A stretch of 20,000 nucleotides of DNA, taken from an uncultured virus (IMG/VR IMGVR_UViG_3300035183_001077). Its lineage: Duplodnaviria > Heunggongvirae > Uroviricota > Caudoviricetes. Below the pieces are notes generated by a model that saw only the letters and a list, made by a program, of their open reading frames with translations, made no database searches and was not told the DNA's origin. Below, piece by piece: positions 1 through 7,131 of this stretch. Location: the IMG/VR virus record IMGVR_UViG_3300035183_001077. One strand, 5' to 3'. How positions within the stretch are numbered: position 1 is the stretch's first letter; each line of letters starts with the position of its first letter. The translations under genes and the position numbers were made by a program.

Positions 1-443
1 TAATAAATAAGGAACTATACCTGGAAGCAAATCAAACAATTAAAACTAAGTACGACTGGAGCGGGCAAATCTATTCATGGAATCGCCTAAGTAAAGAAGA
101 GCTTGATTTCAGCAGAAGAATTGTTGGAAAATATATATATCAAGAACATGATTTTGATGAAATAGACATTAATAAAAAACCGCATGGTAGGGTTGTTCAT
201 CTGCAGGATAATGGAAAAATAATCGACACTTCAGTAAAAAGCAATGGCGTATTGACTGGATGGAGCATCAGAATACATAATAATAGACCTCAAATAATCC
301 TGTTTTCCAATCATAACGGTCATAAACCTTTCGTGTCCGTATATTCGTTTCTCAACGAAGAACGACCACATATATGGGTCGGCAAAACAAGGTTAATCAA
401 TACACATAAGAGCTACAGCGTAAGTCTGGAAAAGGTCAGGTAA
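1..443 (+). CDS. Hypothetical protein, 5'-partial, with a weak MORN/YwqK-like repeat segment
   Basis: The frame of the listed 252..443 ORF is open back to base 3 (INKELYLEANQ...KPHGRVVHLQDNGKIIDTSVKSNGVLTGWSIRIHNN...), so the gene starts left of the window. The HG..NG..NG..GW spacing loosely resembles MORN-variant repeats. It converges on and overlaps the next gene by 8 bp. Confidence 0.6.
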   Translation, partial: INKELYLEANQTIKTKYDWSGQIYSWNRLSKEELDFSRRIVGKYIYQEHDFDEIDINKKPHGRVVHLQDNGKIIDTSVKSNGVLTGWSIRIHNNRPQIILFSNHNGHKPFVSVYSFLNEERPHIWVGKTRLINTHKSYSVSLEKVR

Positions 444-900
444 GTGAAAATATCTTTTTCAAAGGTATAGACAAGGTAAAGTAAACTACAGGAGATTGTA
501 TTTCAACTTTATCTTTGTCTGTTAGCTTGACAACTTCATCTTTCATAGCGAAGAAGTCTATTTTGCAACAATAAATGGCCGCGTAAATAGCTGCGTCTGA
601 TTCCATCTTGAAAGTAAGTTGTGGTCTAACAAACACATTGTCTGAATTAATATCCTGATTCATAAAATTAGGACCAGTCAACATAACTGTAGAATAATAA
701 AAGTCATCAGATACCGTAGCATTTAATATTTTATAGTTATCTTCGCTGGTTGAACCTGAACAAAAACCATTTCTCGTATGATACCTCAGCCAACATGGGC
801 GACATTGAGACACGTCATAATCAGAATCAGGTACAAACCCAGAACAAAAGCCTTTACTGTGAGGCGGAAAATAAATCCTTTCCAGTTTCAAGTTTCCCAT
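436..900 (-). CDS. Hypothetical protein (154 aa) with a duplicated GFCSG motif
   Basis: ATG preceded by AAGAGGT Shine-Dalgarno; last gene of the minus-strand run. Confidence 0.75.
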   Translation of the reverse strand: MGNLKLERIYFPPHSKGFCSGFVPDSDYDVSQCRPCWLRYHTRNGFCSGSTSEDNYKILNATVSDDFYYSTVMLTGPNFMNQDINSDNVFVRPQLTFKMESDAAIYAAIYCCKIDFFAMKDEVVKLTDKDKVEIQSPVVYFTLSIPLKKIFSLT

Positions 901-1039
901 TATTTACCTCTTGCTCAATCGTTTTGATTTTTTCAGAAAAGAAATCCAAAAGTAATTGTTGAAATTTAAATAAATCCGGCAATGGTGGGAAATCGCTCTT
1001 CTTACTTTCAATAAATTTAAATAATGATGAATTATTCAT
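854..1039 (-). CDS. Small hypothetical protein (about 61 aa)
   Basis: Fills the gap between 1042 and 900. The ATG at 1039 lies 2 nt after the upstream TGA (translational coupling) and is preferred over the TTG at 1045. Confidence 0.55.
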   Translation of the reverse strand: MNNSSLFKFIESKKSDFPPLPDLFKFQQLLLDFFSEKIKTIEQEVNNGKLETGKDLFSASQ

Positions 1040-1041
1040 AA

Positions 1042-1398
1042 TCAACTACCATTGATTGGTTTGTCTTCCACTGCCTGCTCACTAGTCCATACTTCAGGTT
1101 TCTTAACGTCAACCATAATTGGCACTTTTACCGTATATTGCCGTTCGATATAAATTTGATAAGAATCGCTAACATTATCAGCTGTAGAAGGAAGTTTTTT
1201 ATCGCCATTTTTATTCATGTAAGACTTAGCCGGTACAACGACTAAGCCTTCTCGTGGTACATTAGCTAAATTAACAGAAACATTGTTATTCTTAGCAGCT
1301 TCTTGCTCCGTAGGCACTTTACCTCGCAAATCTCGCAATACCGCATAAACTACAACTCCGACCAATACTACAGATACACCAATACTGACCCACATCAT
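1042..1398 (-). CDS. Small membrane protein with one N-terminal transmembrane helix (118 aa)
   Basis: AAGGAG SD; hydrophobic WVSIGVSVVLVGVVVYAVL followed by basic RDLRGK. Confidence 0.8.
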   Translation of the reverse strand: MMWVSIGVSVVLVGVVVYAVLRDLRGKVPTEQEAAKNNNVSVNLANVPREGLVVVPAKSYMNKNGDKKLPSTADNVSDSYQIYIERQYTVKVPIMVDVKKPEVWTSEQAVEDKPINGS

Positions 1399-1416
1399 AG
1401 CGTATTCTCCTTTTGT

Positions 1417-2382
1417 CTACTGGTTGGTTTTTCGTCTTCTAAGCAGCAAAATCAATCCAGCCAGTATCGACTGCCCTACAGTGTTTCCAACTATCACGTA
1501 ATTTTCCCAATCAACTCCTGGCGATGGAGGTTTGGGCTGTGGTTCCGGCGCAGGTTTGGGTTCAGGTTTAGGTTCAGGTTTGCGTAAATCCGGTACTTCT
1601 TTTTGCAACTTATCCGCTAAAGCCGGATCTACTTTTCTCAGAGCTTCAAAAAGACCAGCAGACACATCATTCGGATCCGGTTGATGGTGTACCAAAACAG
1701 CTTTGCCATTCGTATCCCTAGGCCCAAAAACTGTCATACCGTCAGGTAAAGATACTTGTCTGTTATCAGCGGTAGTATATTTTATTTGCCAATCATCAGG
1801 CTTGAAATATTGAAACTTGAAATAATTATTAAAAGCTGGATGCAGCTTGGAAATTTCATTTTTGAATTGCAAGGATAAGTTTTCTGATCCAACAACTACA
1901 GCAGTCAGTTTAGCATTTTCTGATCTCCAGTCCAGTTCTCCAAACCTAGAAAGATCGTATTTTATACCTTTTTGTCTATCCATATTCCATCTGATTATAT
2001 CTATACCATAATTCGGAATACGATTAGGTGTCATCATATCAGTCGATTTCTCTGGTTTGGCCGCCTCAAGTAATAATCCTGACAAGTCAATCTTATTTTC
2101 TTCGCCACCAACTATGCAAACCCACACATGCCTGTGCTTAGTACCAATGCCAATCCAGTAAGTCTGTCCTTTCTTCAAATCGTATAATTCAAATTCTCTC
2201 CTGGTACCCAATGTTTTCGATTGATATTCCTGATCATTGTCTAACAAAAATAGTAAAGGCACATTCTGCAATACTTCAGGAACAGTTATTACCAATCTAG
2301 TAGTATCATTATTGCTTTGTCCATTTAATGAATTTATAAAAATCAATAGGGTAGCCACATAAATCAGACTGGTTTTTTTCAT
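1417..2382 (-). CDS. Exported protein with signal peptide, Pro-rich stalk and C-terminal membrane anchor (321 aa)
   Basis: AGGAG SD; MKK plus hydrophobic N-terminus; KPEPKPEPKPAPEPQPKPPSP linker; ends in ILAGLILLL-RRRKTNQ. Confidence 0.8.
   Translation of the reverse strand: MKKTSLIYVATLLIFINSLNGQSNNDTTRLVITVPEVLQNVPLLFLLDNDQEYQSKTLGTRREFELYDLKKGQTYWIGIGTKHRHVWVCIVGGEENKIDLSGLLLEAAKPEKSTDMMTPNRIPNYGIDIIRWNMDRQKGIKYDLSRFGELDWRSENAKLTAVVVGSENLSLQFKNEISKLHPAFNNYFKFQYFKPDDWQIKYTTADNRQVSLPDGMTVFGPRDTNGKAVLVHHQPDPNDVSAGLFEALRKVDPALADKLQKEVPDLRKPEPKPEPKPAPEPQPKPPSPGVDWENYVIVGNTVGQSILAGLILLLRRRKTNQ
1525..1581 (-). repeat. Short coding tandem repeat (AAACCTGAACCY unit) encoding a Lys-Pro-Glu-Pro linker
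   Basis: Minus strand reads AAACCTGAACCT AAACCTGAACCC AAACCTGCGCCG GAACCACAGCCC AAACCTCCA. Confidence 0.8.
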
Positions 2383-2385
2383 AAT

Positions 2386-3045
2386 TTATCTCCTCAAAAT
2401 ATCTACCGGCACTGGTGGAGGCGGGTCATCAAGTAAAACAACTACCCATGAACTGTCTCCACCGAGATGACTGCTTTTTAATCTTTTGAAAAATTCATCT
2501 TTGCTCATCCACTCCCATGTATTAGGATAATTGTTGTCTAAACAACATACAAGATTATCTCCAAAAAATACACAATTTACCATGTGTGCTATTCTGGCGC
2601 CAGTCCTATCAGATCCATATGTAACACAAGCCATACGATTGGTTTTAGCAGCATATTCTAATAATTTAATACAATTATCCATGCCTTCTACCTGAATATA
2701 ATTTTCATAATTAAATTTTCCCTTGAGATATTTGTCAACTTTTGCCGGATAACCACCGCCAGGTTGAGAGCGCATATAATTAAACAAGTCTTTAAGTTTC
2801 TCTACATTCTGCCATCTCGCCGCATGAGTTATTGAAGCCCAAACACATAATCCAGCACCGTCAATACCTCCTTTATTCCTAATATGAAATTGGTTTGGCA
2901 GAGGACACTGTACTTCGGTACCCTGATATACTGGTTCATCAGTTACAGTGCTGTTTTTACCGAAATCGGTTTGTGTAAAACAAACGTAAGTAGGCACTAA
3001 AATATTTAATATTAATAATGCAAGAAGCAAAACTTGCCTCATCAT
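2386..3045 (-). CDS. Secreted papain-like / C39-like cysteine peptidase (219 aa)
   Basis: N-terminal signal-like segment MMRQVLLLALLILNILV. Candidate Cys-His-Asp triad in papain-clan order: GAGLCVWASI, IAHMVNCV, CLDNNYP, followed by WMSKDEFFKR as in C39-like domains. Confidence 0.65.
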   Translation of the reverse strand: MMRQVLLLALLILNILVPTYVCFTQTDFGKNSTVTDEPVYQGTEVQCPLPNQFHIRNKGGIDGAGLCVWASITHAARWQNVEKLKDLFNYMRSQPGGGYPAKVDKYLKGKFNYENYIQVEGMDNCIKLLEYAAKTNRMACVTYGSDRTGARIAHMVNCVFFGDNLVCCLDNNYPNTWEWMSKDEFFKRLKSSHLGGDSSWVVVLLDDPPPPVPVDILRR

Positions 3046-3053
3046 TTTCCCCC

Positions 3054-3761
3054 TCAGGACTTCTTATCGTTAGATATTACCTCTGAGCTGTATACCAGTC
3101 CAGGCTGATTATTATATCTTCCTCCTCTATCAGAATAACTCAAAGAACACTGTTTTTCAGCAGAAAAGAAAATAATTTGCCCAATACCTTCATAAGGATA
3201 TAATCTCACAGGAAAATCTGATGAATTAAATATTTCTATAGTTAATTTACCGCACCACTCGGGTTCAAGTGGCGTCATATTTAACATTATTCCACACCTG
3301 GCGTAAGAACTTTTTCCAATACAAATAGCTATTACATCTCTAGGAATCTTAAACCACTCAAGACTTTCTGCCAAACAAAATGAATGTGGTGCTAAATAAA
3401 AAGCGCCTTGAATGGTTACTTCTTCAAACAACGATTTGGAATAGTCTGGTTTTTTTGGATCCAGGTTGAATCCTGAAATAGATCTTCTAAGAAAAGCAAA
3501 CTTGTCTCCTAGCCTGAACGTATAACCATAACTTGAAAGACCGTAGCTTAACATTCCAGAATTAACAAATCTATCACAAAGAGGTTGAATAACAATTCTT
3601 TTAACAATTTCGCTGTCAGGTAAAACCCCGCATATCCGTGCAGAGTCTTCAGCAATTATTTCAGTTATTTTTACTTGTTCTTCTCGATTTACAGTTTCCG
3701 TTTTTTCTTCTCCCATGAAGCAGCAGCATTTACTTTCAGACAATGCTGGATCCTGATGCAT
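3054..3761 (-). CDS. dcd: dCTP deaminase
   Basis: SYGLSSYGY, GKSSYARCGI, TPLEPEWCG..TIEI, YPYEGIGQ and SYSDRGGRYNNQ are canonical Dcd motifs. Start moved from 3845 to the ATG at 3761, which has a GAAGGAG SD 6 nt upstream. Confidence 0.95.
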   Translation of the reverse strand: MHQDPALSESKCCCFMGEEKTETVNREEQVKITEIIAEDSARICGVLPDSEIVKRIVIQPLCDRFVNSGMLSYGLSSYGYTFRLGDKFAFLRRSISGFNLDPKKPDYSKSLFEEVTIQGAFYLAPHSFCLAESLEWFKIPRDVIAICIGKSSYARCGIMLNMTPLEPEWCGKLTIEIFNSSDFPVRLYPYEGIGQIIFFSAEKQCSLSYSDRGGRYNNQPGLVYSSEVISNDKKS

Positions 3762-5409
3762 GTTCGTCTCCTTCTGTGGCTTTGGCGTAATACATCTTGT
3801 TTTCTCTATCATAACCGATGATATGAGAAACGTCAATGAACCCACCCTCTATTTCATCAAAAAATAATATACGATCATTTTCGTCAATCGGGTCATAACG
3901 TAATTTTGTACAGTACAACCGTGTATACCTACCTGTTTTTATGGCATTATCAGCCGAAGTTATAAGAGAAGGTGCTGAAATACACAAACAGGCATCAAGC
4001 TTTTCAGCAAAGTTCCTGGCTTCAGCCGCAAAAGTGTGATCAGCCAGTTCAGGCTTGCGACGATTAGCTTCTGTACCAAATTGATGAAACAGCCAGACAA
4101 TACAACTGTATTTCTTTGCAATCTGCTTCTTAAATATCGTTGGGCACGAACCTATAGCTGTTCGGAAAGAAAACTGGTCTCTTGACTCTGGCGACATCTC
4201 CATCATTGCTCGTACATAATCTATAATCACGCCGCCTATTTCATATTTTGCTGCCATGTGCTCAACGGACGAACAGACAAACGAAATTCCCAAATCTTCT
4301 TTATCTACTTCTACAACATCTATAAAGTGTATTGGCAGCTGGGATAATAGGTTTCTACTATATTCAAACCTCTCTCTTTCTGACATTACCATATTTGCTG
4401 CTATAAATTTTGGCATATTCTTTTTTTCATAATCACACGTACCAAATACATCAGCTAATTGAGAAATATCAGTTAATTTTCTTAATTTAGACAGGGGTAT
4501 TTTGGCAAGATAACTGTGAGCTATTTCAGCCAACCTATCAGCACTTACTTCAAAAGTATATAAAAAATAATGTTTATAAACGTAAGTTTCATCGTTTTGC
4601 CGTTTCTGGTATTCTCGTAGGCCATAGTTAACCAGCAGTTGAACGGCCAGAGTAGTTTTTCCACCACCATAGTATCCTAAAATACCGCCTATTTCACCAG
4701 CAGCCAGACCGCCTCTCAACAATTCGTCTACTGCTGTAAAACCAGAAGAAACAATCCTTCGTACATTAGGCATCCAATTACTATTACTGACATCTTTAAC
4801 CATCTGTGTATCAATAACAGAAACACGTTTGGCTGTATCTTTCAAAAACTCATCAAGGTTTTCGATTACTATATTTTCCGATGAACTCAATGTAGCCAGC
4901 AAATCCTGACTTACTTTGTTAGCTAAAAATTTCTTTAATAATGAAACAATATAACTGCTAGGCAATAAATCTTCACCAGTTTCAGAACGTTTAGCATTCC
5001 AGTTACGCCAGAGTTTCAACAATCCGTTTTCTTTATTCAAAAACCAAAATATATGATTAACAAAAATATCAGATGATACTGCAGAAAAGTCATCGTCTTG
5101 CTCGTTGTTTATACCAGCTTCTATATCTTCGTCTGACAGTTTCTTAGATATTCTCAATATTTCAGATAACTTCGTTTCTATAATATCTGGCCAGATATTT
5201 CTATCAATTTTTTGCTGCTCTAACTGTTGTATTTGATTCCATAACCACCTGGGAAGGGCATCACGATAAGTTGAAATATATTTATTAAAATCAAGACTAT
5301 CAGCCTGTGCTTTGATAAAGGGGTATTGGCACAGGCCTATTATGAGGGTGGTAATCTCAGTAAGAGAGAGTGGGGAAGAAAATTGAATTCGGACTTGTTT
5401 GTTAAGCAT
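3736..5409 (-). CDS. DnaB-like (SF4) replicative helicase
   Basis: SGFTAVDELLRGG, Walker A GYYGGGKT, Walker B VIIDY, WLFHQ motif, AEARNFAEKLDA (H4-like) and a KLR arginine finger. Confidence 0.88.
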   Translation of the reverse strand: MLNKQVRIQFSSPLSLTEITTLIIGLCQYPFIKAQADSLDFNKYISTYRDALPRWLWNQIQQLEQQKIDRNIWPDIIETKLSEILRISKKLSDEDIEAGINNEQDDDFSAVSSDIFVNHIFWFLNKENGLLKLWRNWNAKRSETGEDLLPSSYIVSLLKKFLANKVSQDLLATLSSSENIVIENLDEFLKDTAKRVSVIDTQMVKDVSNSNWMPNVRRIVSSGFTAVDELLRGGLAAGEIGGILGYYGGGKTTLAVQLLVNYGLREYQKRQNDETYVYKHYFLYTFEVSADRLAEIAHSYLAKIPLSKLRKLTDISQLADVFGTCDYEKKNMPKFIAANMVMSERERFEYSRNLLSQLPIHFIDVVEVDKEDLGISFVCSSVEHMAAKYEIGGVIIDYVRAMMEMSPESRDQFSFRTAIGSCPTIFKKQIAKKYSCIVWLFHQFGTEANRRKPELADHTFAAEARNFAEKLDACLCISAPSLITSADNAIKTGRYTRLYCTKLRYDPIDENDRILFFDEIEGGFIDVSHIIGYDRENKMYYAKATEGDEHASGSSIV

Positions 5410-5431
5410 AGCTCCAACACCTGCTTAGAAC

Positions 5432-5461
5432 AGTATAAACAACCAACCAGGTTGGCAACAA
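5432..5461 (-). promoter_or_regulatory. Putative sigma-70-type promoter for helicase-dcd with a palindrome in the spacer
   Basis: In a 54-bp gap: -10 TATACT (5437-5432); -35 either TTGTTG (18-nt spacer) or TTGCCA (15-nt spacer); inverted repeat CCAACC-N-GGTTGG at 5443-5455. Confidence 0.45.
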
Positions 5462-5463
5462 CT

Positions 5464-6279
5464 CTATTCAATCAAGGACTGGTAATCTGTTTGTAATTTA
5501 TTAGACAGCTTAGTTAAAGCCGATTCAAGCCCGTCTCTTATTGCCGATATCACCAGGTCTTTAATAATTTCTCTTTTTTCATCCAGAAGTTTACCAAGGT
5601 TTATTAATATTTTAGGTAAAATCTGTGTTTTGAAAATAGATAAAATTTTATCAGTAATCCACCCTTCATAAGCTCTTTCACCAAAAACAGGCTTGTCCTC
5701 ATCTTTATATTGTGCCTCTTTGTCCTCATGCTGAACTGCAGGTTGTTTTCTCCTTCTATCACGCAAAAATAAAATAAATTTTATTAAATTGAATACAAAC
5801 GAACCAATTGAAAGCAAAAGCATCAGAACTGGCGGAAATGCTATTCCATATTTTTTTGATATTTCTTTAAATTTTGCAACAACTTCTGCCTTTTCATTAT
5901 CACGCAATCTGCCTTCTCTACCATAAATCTTGGTTTTATATAATTCTTCCAGCTCATTAGCGTATTCTTCAAGGACATCGTCAGGTAAATCTCTTAATCG
6001 GCGGCTGATAGTTTCAAATTCCTTCTTACCCTGTTCCGCTACTTCAGCAGAAATGGCAAAATTCTGAAAATCTTCGTCGTTTTCTTCAACTTGAATTCTT
6101 TTTTCCAAATCTTTCAATACATTTTCATGAGTTATCATATTTACTCGGTGAGTTTCTACATCTTCATATATTTCTTCTCTGTCAAGCATTTGATCAAGCA
6201 ACTCTTTAGGTAAATTTTCAAAAACGTTCTTCAATACCGGCAGCATCAAACTTTCTAAATCTAATTTATCTTGAGCCAT
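5464..6279 (-). CDS. Membrane protein with acidic helical N-terminus and one central TM helix (271 aa)
   Basis: AGGAG SD; IAFPPVLMLLLSIGSFVFNLIKFILFL followed by RDRRRK; amphipathic C-terminal helices. Confidence 0.8.
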   Translation of the reverse strand: MAQDKLDLESLMLPVLKNVFENLPKELLDQMLDREEIYEDVETHRVNMITHENVLKDLEKRIQVEENDEDFQNFAISAEVAEQGKKEFETISRRLRDLPDDVLEEYANELEELYKTKIYGREGRLRDNEKAEVVAKFKEISKKYGIAFPPVLMLLLSIGSFVFNLIKFILFLRDRRRKQPAVQHEDKEAQYKDEDKPVFGERAYEGWITDKILSIFKTQILPKILINLGKLLDEKREIIKDLVISAIRDGLESALTKLSNKLQTDYQSLIE

Positions 6280-6306
6280 GCCTTACTCCTGTTTCTTACT
6301 GGTTTA

Positions 6307-7122
6307 TTATACTACACCAAATGCAGTTTCGCCGAATTCTTTTATTTTATGATCAATATTACCTTTAATTTGCGAAATTCTTGCCGGAGTTAATTTATAT
6401 TTCTTAGCAATATCTGCAAGCTGTTTTGGTTTTTTACCATACATTCCGTATATTTCTTCCATAATAGCCTGATGTAACGGGTCTAAAGATAAATATACAG
6501 ATTCTAAAAGTAATTTAAATTTTTGTTCTTTGACGCCTGGCCGTTCTACAATAACTGTACCTGTACCTACACCCCTTACTGACTCGCCCTCTTCTCCACG
6601 TTCTTCCACACCTTCACCAATGATATTTAGTGATTTTCCCAAAACCTTCTCAATTTTTTTCAAAGAAATACCAGTATAATCAGCAATTTGGGCAGCAGAA
6701 GGCTCGTGCCCAAGTTTGTTTGCTAATTCTTTAATTGCCGCGTTTATTTTATTTCGCAACAAAGCTTCTTTAGATGAAATATACGTAGGATAAATTTCAT
6801 AGCGAGTATCTTCCATTAGGCGTTTTAACCGCGTATACAAATGCGTAGTCATGCTGGATTTGGTTGGATCATAATCTTTAATTGCTTTTAGAGCATAATA
6901 TTTGGCTCGCCCACGTAATAAATCGCTGTCAAACGTTCCGCCGTATACATTTAATGTTTTAGTAAGCACAGGATTTATCAAATTTATAAATTCAGACAAT
7001 TTTTTTGGAGAAAAGTTAGACTTTACAAGGTTATAAAATGGTACCCGTAATTCTTTCTCAAGCTTTAATTTCTTATCCTCAGCAAAAGATTCTGGCGTTG
7101 GATAATCTCTGATTATATTCAT
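6307..7122 (-). CDS. Phage RNA polymerase sigma factor, sigma-70 family (FliA/WhiG/SigB-like group 3 layout)
   Basis: Region 2 AIKDYDPTKSSMTTHLY, region 3 ELANKLGHEPSAAQIADYTGIS, region 4 HTH LADIAKKYKLTPARISQI. Confidence 0.88.
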   Translation of the reverse strand: MNIIRDYPTPESFAEDKKLKLEKELRVPFYNLVKSNFSPKKLSEFINLINPVLTKTLNVYGGTFDSDLLRGRAKYYALKAIKDYDPTKSSMTTHLYTRLKRLMEDTRYEIYPTYISSKEALLRNKINAAIKELANKLGHEPSAAQIADYTGISLKKIEKVLGKSLNIIGEGVEERGEEGESVRGVGTGTVIVERPGVKEQKFKLLLESVYLSLDPLHQAIMEEIYGMYGKKPKQLADIAKKYKLTPARISQIKGNIDHKIKEFGETAFGVV

Positions 7123-7131
7123 GATAATTCC

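Noticed and set aside
1303..1587. Plus-strand 94-aa ORF ending in an Arg/Phe-rich tail
   Set aside because: It is the antisense reading of the KPEP repeat and overlaps two well-supported minus-strand genes.
2980..3045. Lipoprotein (o-spanin-like) signal in the peptidase, Cys22
   Set aside because: The context TYVC does not match the L-(A/S)-(G/A)-C lipobox.
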